Part shown: piece after piece, positions 1 to 10,267 of the stretch
Layout: each line of letters starts with the position of its first letter
Numbering within the stretch: position 1 is the first letter of the stretch
From: an uncultured Smithella sp.
Lineage (GTDB): Bacteria; Desulfobacterota; Syntrophia; Syntrophales; Smithellaceae
DNA length: 36,651 bases
Assembly: GCA_964460865.1 (NCBI GenBank)
Contig: CAYWRV010000001.1
Location: 1-36,651 of the forward strand
Direction of reading: 5' to 3'
Notes under the pieces: generated by a model
What the model saw: only the letters and a program-made list of their open reading frames with translations
Databases searched by the model: none
What the model was told of the DNA's origin: nothing
Made by a program: the position numbers and the translations under genes

Positions 1-183
1 GAAAGTTGCCTATGCCGCCTGATATTAACATCTTTAATTGCCGGAGTAATAAGTCTGCCGCGTCATAAAACTGACAAAGATTTTTACGAAATCAGCCTTT
101 TTTTTAAGTATTTTGTTTTTTTGCCGAATAGAAATTGTGAGTCGTGCCGTCATCATGTCCAGAGAACAACTTTGGAAAATGAC

Positions 184-199
184 TGTCGTGAAATTGACA
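184..199. promoter_or_regulatory. Imperfect palindrome TGTCGT-GAAA-TTGACA; candidate enhancer-binding-protein (FleQ-box-like) site upstream of the che promoter
   Basis: Read directly as TGTCGTGAAATTGACA, 16 nt upstream of the -24 element at 215. It has the same architecture as the sites at 10112-10127 and 26920-26935. No -10 box lies at the right spacing for a sigma-70 reading. Confidence 0.35.
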
Positions 200-214
200 A
201 AAAGGTGCTGTCGC

Positions 215-230
215 TGGTACATGGCTTGCT
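215..230 (+). promoter_or_regulatory. sigma-54 (-24/-12) promoter of the che operon
   Basis: TGGTAC-ATGGC-TTGCT matches the consensus TGGCAC-N5-TTGCW with correct GG-N10-GC spacing. It lies about 53 nt upstream of the cheR ATG. Confidence 0.75.
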
Positions 231-282
231 TTTTTAATTATTACAACAGGTTGCTTGTGAAAATGGTAATGCGGACGGATTC

Positions 283-1113
283 ATGATGGCGATAAGCGGT
301 TACGAATTAAAAAACAGTGATTTTGAAAAAATAAGCCGTCTTGTCTATGAACAGTGCGGCATCTACCTTCATGAAGGGAAAAAAGAGCTTGTCAAGGCGA
401 GACTGTCCAAGAGGTTGCGTGCGGGAGGATACAAGTCTTTTACAGAATACTACAACCATGTGATCACTCAAGAGGGGACGGATGAGCTGATCTCCATGAT
501 CGACTCCATTTCCACGAACCTGACCTTTTTCTTCAGGGAGGAAGCGCATTTTGCAAGACTTACACATATCATCCATGCGTTTTTGGACAAGCCGGAGCGA
601 TCAAGGGGAGAATACAGAATCTGGTCGGCAGGCTGCTCTACGGGAGAAGAACCTTATTCACTGGCGATGACTTTCCTGGAAGCGGTCAAAAATCATCCTT
701 TGCGGGCGGGTATATTGGCAACAGACATATCGACAAAAGTTCTGAACACGGCTCAGGCGGGTGTTTATACGGATGATAAAACTAAAGGCGTTCCCCCGCC
801 GGTTTTAAAAAAATATTTTCAGAGGGGGACGGGTAAATCAGCAGGCTATGTCCGTGTGAAGAATGAATTGAAACAGATGATCACCTTCAAGCGGTTCAAC
901 CTGATGGATCAGTTTCCCTTCAACAATGAGTTTGATATTATTTTCTGTCGTAACGTGATGATTTATTTTGACAAGAAAACACAAAACGTACTTGTCAACA
1001 AATTCTATGACGCATTGAGGGGTGGCGGATATTTTTTTGTCGGACATTCCGAAAGTCTGACCGGCCTGAAGCATAAATTCGGATATGTTGAACCCAGTGT
1101 TTACGTGAAATAA
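283..1113 (+). CDS. cheR: Chemotaxis protein methyltransferase CheR
   Basis: 276-aa ORF with the SAM-methyltransferase signature IWSAGCSTGEEPYSLAM and the N-terminal helical CheR domain. It is the first gene of a che operon. Confidence 0.93.
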   Translation: MMAISGYELKNSDFEKISRLVYEQCGIYLHEGKKELVKARLSKRLRAGGYKSFTEYYNHVITQEGTDELISMIDSISTNLTFFFREEAHFARLTHIIHAFLDKPERSRGEYRIWSAGCSTGEEPYSLAMTFLEAVKNHPLRAGILATDISTKVLNTAQAGVYTDDKTKGVPPPVLKKYFQRGTGKSAGYVRVKNELKQMITFKRFNLMDQFPFNNEFDIIFCRNVMIYFDKKTQNVLVNKFYDALRGGGYFFVGHSESLTGLKHKFGYVEPSVYVK

Positions 1114-1116
1114 ATT

Positions 1117-1599
1117 ATGGGCGATTTGATTGTAGGCATCTCGGATATAAAGATCAGTAATTCGCCGGATGATGTGATTGTTACTTATGCACTGGGATCC
1201 TGTATCGGGATTTCCGTGTACGATCCGGTCGCCAAAGTAGGGGGGCTTCTACACTATATGCTTCCTGATTCCACACTGGATGAAAAAAAAGCCAAAGATA
1301 ACCCGGCGATGTTCGCCGATACTGGTATTCCCACCCTGTTCAAAGCCTGCTATCGTCTGGGGGCGGAGAAAAAAAGAATGATCGTCAAGGCGGCGGGCGG
1401 AGCGAGTATTCTCGATGACACAAATTTCTTTCGTATCGGCCAGAAGAATATCATGGCCATGAGGAAAATATTCTGGAAGAATAACGTGATGATCGCAAGT
1501 GAGGACACGGGAGCCAACCACAACCGGACTGTGCGCCTGGAGATGGCCACAGGGAAAACTTTAGTCCGCACGTCGGGAGGTGAAATGAAAGAGATATGA
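1117..1599 (+). CDS. cheD: Chemoreceptor glutamine deamidase CheD
   Basis: 160-aa ORF with the typical CheD N-terminus (YALGSCIGISVYDP...GGLLHYMLP) including the catalytic Cys and His context. Its ATGA overlaps the next gene. Confidence 0.9.
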   Translation: MGDLIVGISDIKISNSPDDVIVTYALGSCIGISVYDPVAKVGGLLHYMLPDSTLDEKKAKDNPAMFADTGIPTLFKACYRLGAEKKRMIVKAAGGASILDDTNFFRIGQKNIMAMRKIFWKNNVMIASEDTGANHNRTVRLEMATGKTLVRTSGGEMKEI

Positions 1600-2447
1600 A
1601 GGTAATCAAGCGTATCCTTAAATCCATCGAGACGATCCCTGCATTTCCTGCAACCGGTAACAAGGTTGCCCAGCTTTTGAGCAAACCGGACTACTCCGTC
1701 ATGCAGGTGGCCAATGTAATCAAATTCGACCCTTCTATCGCAGCCAATATTTTAAAAATGGCCAACTCCGCATATTTCGGAGCGCAGCATAAAATCAGCT
1801 CGATTAATGATGCTGTCATGTACCTGGGGCAGAAAAACCTGATGCGCGCCATACAGACGGCGGGGGTCTCCAAATTCTATAAAAAAGGAGCGTCCGGCTA
1901 TTTCGACAAGGCAATGGATCTGTGGGAGCATTCCGTTGCTGTGGGGTTGATGTCGCAGATTCTGTCCAAACAGATCACCGGTTCTGAAGATACCACTCTT
2001 TATACGGCGGCTCTTCTGCATGATGTCGGGAAAATCATCATGGGGGAATTTGTGCGCGACGAGCTGAAAAAGATCACCACCCTCGTTTATGAAAACGGCA
2101 TGTCTTTTCTGGAAGCGGAAGAAATTGTCCTGGGCATCAATCATGCCGAACTGGGAGGAAAAGTTGCCGAACACTGGAACTTTCCGATAGAAATCCGCGA
2201 TGCGATTTCATACCATCATCGGCCGGATTTACTGGAAAAAGAGGGTAAAATCATGCCCTGGATCGTATATATGGCCGATGAGGCGTGTTTAATGATGGGG
2301 ATCGGCAGCTCCGTAGAAGGACTGGCTCAGCGTGCCGTAAGCGAACTGCTGAAAAAATTTAATTTAAAGATGAGGGACCTGGAAAAAAGCATGGTGATGT
2401 TGTCCGATGACTTAAAAAGTGCTCGTGATTTGGTCAACATCATTTAG
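1596..2447 (+). CDS. HDOD domain protein (HD-related output domain) embedded in the che operon
   Basis: 283-aa ORF with an HDOD-like layout: IETIPAFPATGNKVAQLL..., ...LLHDVGKIIMGEF..., HAELGGKVAEHWNFP. It is translationally coupled to cheD. Confidence 0.8.
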   Translation: MKVIKRILKSIETIPAFPATGNKVAQLLSKPDYSVMQVANVIKFDPSIAANILKMANSAYFGAQHKISSINDAVMYLGQKNLMRAIQTAGVSKFYKKGASGYFDKAMDLWEHSVAVGLMSQILSKQITGSEDTTLYTAALLHDVGKIIMGEFVRDELKKITTLVYENGMSFLEAEEIVLGINHAELGGKVAEHWNFPIEIRDAISYHHRPDLLEKEGKIMPWIVYMADEACLMMGIGSSVEGLAQRAVSELLKKFNLKMRDLEKSMVMLSDDLKSARDLVNII

Positions 2448-2470
2448 TTTTCCAAAAGGAAGGTAGCCTT

Positions 2471-2902
2471 ATGTCATTCAATGTGTTGATTGTGGATGAT
2501 TCCAGCGCCATGAGAGCGGTTATTAAAAAAGTGATCGGGCTTTCCGGTTTTAAGATGGATTCCTGCCTCGAGGCGGAAAACGGCCGGCAAGCCATGGATC
2601 TGCTATCGGACCAGTGGGTGGATGTGATTATTTCCGATATCAATATGCCTGAGGTCAACGGACTGGAGTTTCTCGAGCTGCTCAGGGAAAATGAAACACT
2701 GAAAGAAATACCGGTGATCATGATTACCACGGAAGCTTCCGAGCAGAGAATGCAGGGAGCGTTTGACCGCGGGGCGAAAGGGTTCATAAAAAAACCTTTT
2801 CTGCCGGAGGAAATCAAAAGGGTACTTTATAAAGTGATAGGAGTTGGAAGCGATGGGCAATACGAAGAAGATACAAGAGATGCTGATGAACTCGATTTTT
2901 GA
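2471..2902 (+). CDS. CheY-like single-domain response regulator with a short acidic C-terminal tail
   Basis: 143-aa ORF with a receiver domain (VLIVDDSSAMR, ISDINMPEVNG, KKPF). The RBS AAGGAAGG lies upstream. Confidence 0.88.
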   Translation: MSFNVLIVDDSSAMRAVIKKVIGLSGFKMDSCLEAENGRQAMDLLSDQWVDVIISDINMPEVNGLEFLELLRENETLKEIPVIMITTEASEQRMQGAFDRGAKGFIKKPFLPEEIKRVLYKVIGVGSDGQYEEDTRDADELDF

Positions 2903-3305
2903 TGTTTTCGAAAAAATGTTTTTCGTTTTCCTCGAGCCGTGCGATGAGGAGATGAAATACGACATGAGCGCGTCAATCGAGTTCGCCGGGTCATTCAAGG
3001 GAAACATCCGTGCCTACCTGTCGACGGGAATTGCCAATTCCATGGTGGAAAACATGCTTGGCCTCGAAGCAGCCGAAATTACAGACAAGACCAGGGAAGA
3101 CTGCGCCAAGGAGTCGCTCAACATGATTGCCGGAAGCTTTGTTCACAAACTTGATGCAGGCACGGTATTCGATCTGTCGATTCCCACCTACAAAAAAGAA
3201 TCCGGCCGATTCGGCCCGGAGAGCCCGGGCAATATAAATCTCCTATTCGATTCCGACGGCCTCTATCTGGGCATATCCATGAAACTGGAGGAAAATAAAA
3301 AGTAA
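2853..3305 (+). CDS. CheX-like CheY-P phosphatase family protein
   Basis: The ORF track gives 2844 (TTG). I prefer ATG 2853, which sits 9 nt after AGGAG (2839-2843). It contains the CheC/CheX-type motif D-x3-E-x2-N (EDCAKESLNMIAG) followed by ...SIP. The first 50 nt overlap the preceding cheY-like gene in another frame. Confidence 0.7.
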   Translation: MGNTKKIQEMLMNSIFDVFEKMFFVFLEPCDEEMKYDMSASIEFAGSFKGNIRAYLSTGIANSMVENMLGLEAAEITDKTREDCAKESLNMIAGSFVHKLDAGTVFDLSIPTYKKESGRFGPESPGNINLLFDSDGLYLGISMKLEENKK

Positions 3306-3316
3306 CCCTATGATAG

Positions 3317-6612
<3,296 letters not shown>

Positions 6613-6663
6613 AGGACAATTTGCTTCATGAAAGAATAAAAAAATAAGACGAGGGATTGGTTT

Positions 6664-7053
6664 ATGAATGAAAAAAACATCAAAGTCTTGATTGTTGACG
6701 ATTTTGCCACGATGAGAAAAGTCATCCGCAATCTTCTCAAACAGGTCGGTTATGAGGATATTGTTGAGGCTGAAGACGGTGTCATGGCGCTCAAGGCCCT
6801 GAAAGCGCAGAAAATCGACATGATTGTCTCTGACTGGAATATGCCGAATATGTCCGGTCTTGAACTACTGAAAGCTGTACGCTCCGACCCTGATCTGGCA
6901 GAAACACCTTTTTTAATGGTAACTGCTGAAGCTCTCCAGGATAACGTTGTCGCGGCGGTAAAGGCCGGCGTTAATAACTACATAGTGAAGCCCTTTACAG
7001 CTGAAGTATTAAACGAAAAGATTAAAAAAATCATGGATGGTATTAATAAATAA
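6664..7053 (+). CDS. cheY: Chemotaxis response regulator CheY
   Basis: 129-aa ORF with classical CheY sequence (KVLIVDDFATMRK, VSDWNMPNMSG, NNYIVKPF). Confidence 0.93.
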   Translation: MNEKNIKVLIVDDFATMRKVIRNLLKQVGYEDIVEAEDGVMALKALKAQKIDMIVSDWNMPNMSGLELLKAVRSDPDLAETPFLMVTAEALQDNVVAAVKAGVNNYIVKPFTAEVLNEKIKKIMDGINK

Positions 7054-7089
7054 AATATTTATTAACGGGATGACCCTGAAAGGCTGACT

Positions 7090-7551
7090 ATGAACGTTAA
7101 ATTTATCAATCCATTCCTTGAAGGAACGATCAGTGTGTTAAAAACAATGGCTTTTGTTGAACCTCGCGCAGGCAAGCCCTATCTGAAAATGGACAGTATA
7201 GCCAAGGGAGATATTTCCGGCATAATCGGGCTCACCGGGTCGGCGACCGGATCGCTCGCGGTCAGTTTCAGTGAAGAGGCAATTCTTAAAATTGTTTCCA
7301 ACATGCTCGGCGAAAATATTAAAACCATGGACTCCGACATCAAAGATGCAGTTGGAGAAATTACCAATATGATTTCCGGCGTCGCCAGGAAAAACCTGGA
7401 GGCGGAAGGCTTTAATATACAAGCTGCCATACCGACGGTTGTTTCAGGAAAAAACCACTCCATCGCGCATGTTCTGGGGGGGCCGAGCCTGATCATTCCT
7501 TTTGAGATTGATGACGGCACATTTGTTATTGATGTCTGTCTGGCCGAATAA
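7090..7551 (+). CDS. cheX: CheY-P phosphatase CheX
   Basis: 153-aa ORF with a CheX-like N-terminus (INPFLEGTISVLKTM) and the D-x3-E-x2-N...P motif (DAVGEITNMISG...AIP). Confidence 0.82.
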   Translation: MNVKFINPFLEGTISVLKTMAFVEPRAGKPYLKMDSIAKGDISGIIGLTGSATGSLAVSFSEEAILKIVSNMLGENIKTMDSDIKDAVGEITNMISGVARKNLEAEGFNIQAAIPTVVSGKNHSIAHVLGGPSLIIPFEIDDGTFVIDVCLAE

Positions 7552-7711
7552 AACAGTAAAACAATTTTAAGTGCTGCTGCGGAAGCGTGCTTGAGGCGGG
7601 CCCGGTTTTTTGCCTCTATACGCAGCGACAGTCTGCAAATTGTGCTTAAAGCGGGGCGGTGAAATTGTTTTATGAGGCGTGAGAGTGCCGTTATAACCTT
7701 CAGTGTGCTTT

Positions 7712-8542
7712 TCAGTTATCCTTAGTCTGCAGCATGATAATGCTGATCCGGCGATTGCGGTGATCAAGAGGGTCCAGAGGCAGTAACAGCTCCTGGTCTG
7801 CGTATCCGACAACCCGGCCGATACGTTCCGGGTCGGTGCCGAACTCTTCGAGCGCACGGCGGGCGGCAGAGGCCCGTTCCGTGGAAAGCTCCCAGTTGGT
7901 GATTTGACCTCCTTTGAAAGGAGCGGAATCGGTATGCCCCTCGACGACAATCTTGCCCGGTATATCCCGGATGTTATCGGACACAAGTTTAAGTATTTCC
8001 CGGGCTTTCGGTGACAGGACGGCTGAGCCGGGCGGAAACATCATCGAGCCTTCCGTATCGATGACCTGTACGCGTATGCCGCCTTCAATAACGTCAACAA
8101 GCACCTGATCTCTCACCCCGGCCATTTTATCGTCGATGGCTGCCATAATTTTCCTTGCCTGTTCCTCATCAGCCTGTGTAATATTCTTTTTTGGTTTTTT
8201 TGCTCCATATTCAATCTGGCCCTTGCCACGCATACCGCCCGTGGGGTTTTTGGCTGTCGGCGCACCACTCTCACTCAAAAAATGCGGGTCCGTCAGGCGC
8301 GCGTCTTTGGAAGTAATAGCCGATGAGCCTGTTTCCTGAAAAACACTGTAGTGGCGAAAATATTCGGACAGAGCAGCTCTTTTTTCCTCTGAAACCATGC
8401 TCAAAAGCCACAAAAGTAAAAAAAAGGCCATCATTGCCGTAACGAAATCAGCGTAGGCTACTTTCCAGGACCCGCCATGGGCGCCGCCTGCGTGCTTCTT
8501 TTTTATTTTTTTAATGATTACCTGCTGGTGACGCTCTTCCAT
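7712..8542 (-). CDS. motB: Flagellar stator protein MotB (OmpA-like peptidoglycan-binding C-terminus)
   Basis: 276-aa ORF with a single TM carrying the conserved Asp (WKVAYADFVTAMMAFFLLLW) and the OmpA motif VEGHTDSAPF...NWELSTERA. Confidence 0.92.
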   Translation of the reverse strand: MEERHQQVIIKKIKKKHAGGAHGGSWKVAYADFVTAMMAFFLLLWLLSMVSEEKRAALSEYFRHYSVFQETGSSAITSKDARLTDPHFLSESGAPTAKNPTGGMRGKGQIEYGAKKPKKNITQADEEQARKIMAAIDDKMAGVRDQVLVDVIEGGIRVQVIDTEGSMMFPPGSAVLSPKAREILKLVSDNIRDIPGKIVVEGHTDSAPFKGGQITNWELSTERASAARRALEEFGTDPERIGRVVGYADQELLLPLDPLDHRNRRISIIMLQTKDN

Positions 8543-8570
8543 TGTTTAAAACATTTCCAATCTCTGAAAA

Positions 8571-9431
8571 CTATTTTTTAGCCGTCCTGAGAGCATCTTC
8601 CATTTCCAGGAAAGAAGGTTTGGCCTCCGCCGGAACGACACGCCGTCCGAATTCAACGGCCACCTTTGGAGCTGCTCCTCCGCCGATAAAGGCCAGAAGC
8701 GCCACTTTGATCACATTGAGAAATTTCTGGTCCTCATTGGCGATGAATTCCATATTTTTACCCATCGGGCCTACATAACCATAGCAGAGCAAAACACCGG
8801 TGAAAGTTCCGACAAGAGCTGCACCGATACTGGCGCCCAGGACCTCCGGCGGCTCCTTGATTTTTCCCATGGTCAGAACAACGCCCATGACCGCGGCGAC
8901 GATACCCAGACCGGGCAGTGCATCGGCGACGTTGCTGATACTGTGCGCCGGTGCCAGAGCCTCATCATGCAGGGCTTCGAGTTCCTGGTCGATGAGCGCT
9001 TCAAGCTCATGCGGAGCGATTGTCGTTGTCATTACGGTGCGCAAAGTGTCCGTGATAAGTGTGATAGCTGCCTTGTTTTTCAATACGTTGGGAAATTGGG
9101 AAAAAAGAGGGCTCTGCTCGGGCGCGTCAACATCGGATTCAATGGAGACCAGACCCTGCTGGCGGATTTTATAAAATATGCCGTTGATCATGATCAGCAC
9201 TTCCATGTAATCCTGCTTGGTATAGGGCTTATTGCTGAAGATGCGCGCGATGGAGCTGCCCGTGGCTTTGATGACTTTCATTGGTGAGGCGATGATGAAA
9301 CCGCCGATGGCCGCCCCGCCGATGATCAGAATCTCAACGGGCTGGAAAATGACCGACAGATTGCCGCCCTCCAGCAGATAGCCGCCAATCACGGCGGCGC
9401 TGACAATGACAAAGCCGATAATAGCAATCAT
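8571..9431 (-). CDS. motA: Flagellar stator protein MotA
   Basis: 286-aa ORF with MotA/TolQ/ExbB-type topology, a typical MotA N-terminus and C-terminal TM3/TM4 (ALVGTFTGVLLCYG). It lies directly upstream of motB. Confidence 0.92.
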   Translation of the reverse strand: MIAIIGFVIVSAAVIGGYLLEGGNLSVIFQPVEILIIGGAAIGGFIIASPMKVIKATGSSIARIFSNKPYTKQDYMEVLIMINGIFYKIRQQGLVSIESDVDAPEQSPLFSQFPNVLKNKAAITLITDTLRTVMTTTIAPHELEALIDQELEALHDEALAPAHSISNVADALPGLGIVAAVMGVVLTMGKIKEPPEVLGASIGAALVGTFTGVLLCYGYVGPMGKNMEFIANEDQKFLNVIKVALLAFIGGGAAPKVAVEFGRRVVPAEAKPSFLEMEDALRTAKK

Positions 9432-9443
9432 AACGCCGGGAGT

Positions 9444-9995
9444 TTACCTCCTCTTTTCTCTGAGGATTTCTCTTTCAGTTTCAAAAACGAAGCGGATGAT
9501 TTCATCTCTGACAAAATCATCAATGTTTATGAACTCCACGGATGTGTCATATTCAGCATGAGATGCTGTCGCATCGATGACTTCACCGTATAAAAAAAGA
9601 GCGATCGGCATTTGAATGCCGAGCATGACTTTTATTTCCAGTAGATCTCCTGCGGAAAATGTTTTTCCCGTGTTCAGACTCATGCCGCCACCGCTGATAT
9701 TGATATTGGCCATATTCAGGCAGTGAAAACCGTCATGGTGCAATGTCATCAAGCGGATGAGCTCGTTCAATTTGGCGTTAATGCTTTGAAGCCATTGAGC
9801 GATGAGTTGGTCATCGGGGTTGGGCAGGCTTTTGAATTCAGCGAGCACGGATTGACCGGCGACGCGCGCACGGACTGTTTCTTTGAACTCCCGGGGAACA
9901 AGCCTGTACTCCATAGGGATACAGGCTTCAACTCGCGAATACTCCCTTTTGTTTTCCTTCTCTTCAGTAACCATGGTCGTTATGAGCCGTTTCAC
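9444..9995 (-). CDS. PilZ-domain protein (candidate c-di-GMP receptor or flagellar brake), first gene of the motAB operon
   Basis: 183-aa ORF starting at GTG 9995; ATG 9974 is an alternative. RxxxR is present (R17-EYS-R21) and so is (D/N)xSxxG (N99-I-S-GG-G104). It ends 12 nt before motA. Confidence 0.75.
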   Translation of the reverse strand: MKRLITTMVTEEKENKREYSRVEACIPMEYRLVPREFKETVRARVAGQSVLAEFKSLPNPDDQLIAQWLQSINAKLNELIRLMTLHHDGFHCLNMANINISGGGMSLNTGKTFSAGDLLEIKVMLGIQMPIALFLYGEVIDATASHAEYDTSVEFINIDDFVRDEIIRFVFETEREILREKRR

Positions 9996-10034
9996 TAAAT
10001 ATTTCCGAAAAATAATGCAAAGTCGGTGCCAGGC

Positions 10035-10050
10035 GCGCTATCAACCGGGA
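10035..10050 (-). promoter_or_regulatory. sigma-54 (-24/-12) promoter of pilZ-motA-motB
   Basis: The minus strand reads TGGCAC-CGACT-TTGCA, a perfect match to the consensus. It lies about 40 nt upstream of the GTG at 9995. Confidence 0.8.
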
Positions 10051-10111
10051 GTCCGCCTGCAGGGGTTGTGTGTCCGGCAGACATTCCCTTAAATATCTAA
10101 ATCGACCGAAT

Positions 10112-10127
10112 CGTCAATATCTTGACA
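10112..10127. promoter_or_regulatory. Palindrome CGTCAA-TATC-TTGACA; candidate shared enhancer (FleQ-box-like) between divergent sigma-54 promoters
   Basis: Read directly from the sequence. It lies 62 nt from the minus-strand -24 element and 96 nt from the plus-strand one. A second, degenerate copy ending in TTGACA lies at 10133-10147. Confidence 0.4.
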
Positions 10128-10222
10128 AAAAAGATGACGCCTTGACATAAAAAACAGATGCAGGGGATGGAAGTGAGAGAATTTAATCATATTCATCGGT
10201 GGAAAGAAGCTGACAAATCAAA

Positions 10223-10238
10223 TGGTATGTAATTTGCT
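10223..10238 (+). promoter_or_regulatory. sigma-54 (-24/-12) promoter of the SPOR/TPR-kinase-regulator operon
   Basis: TGGTAT-GTAAT-TTGCT, about 30 nt upstream of ATG 10268. Its position argues against the ORF-track start at 10241. Confidence 0.75.
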
Positions 10239-10267
10239 TTTTGGAAGGCGGAATGGTTTACCCGGTG

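Noticed and set aside
34-222. 62-aa minus-strand ORF in the region upstream of cheR.
   Set aside because: It overlaps the sigma-54 promoter and palindrome, has no recognisable features and is low-complexity. It is more likely regulatory DNA.
267-295. sigma-28-like element (TAAT...GGCGATAA) near the cheR start.
   Set aside because: The spacing is wrong at about 17 nt rather than 15, the -35 match is poor, and the GCGATAA lies inside the cheR start codon region.
2844-2902. The cheY-like/cheX-like overlap read as a frameshifted single fusion gene.
   Set aside because: The receiver domain is complete before the overlap. The cheX-like ORF has its own AGGAG (2839-2843) at good spacing from ATG 2853. 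Both products have normal family lengths.
7585-7623. Possible bidirectional terminator between the convergent cheX and motB genes: GCGT..GAGGC[GGGCCCGGTTTTTT]GCCTC..ACGC.
   Set aside because: The stems are short (5 bp plus 4 bp) with an internal loop. The T-run sits inside the loop rather than after the stem. It is not convincing as an intrinsic terminator, so it is left uncalled.
10122-10147. The TTGACA hexamers (also at 194-199 and 26930-26935) read as sigma-70 -35 boxes.
   Set aside because: At 17 +/- 1 nt downstream there is no acceptable -10 hexamer. The sequences there are ACATAA, GGATGG, GTACAT and AAACCA. Each hexamer is half of a palindrome next to a strong sigma-54 promoter, so an activator-site reading fits better.
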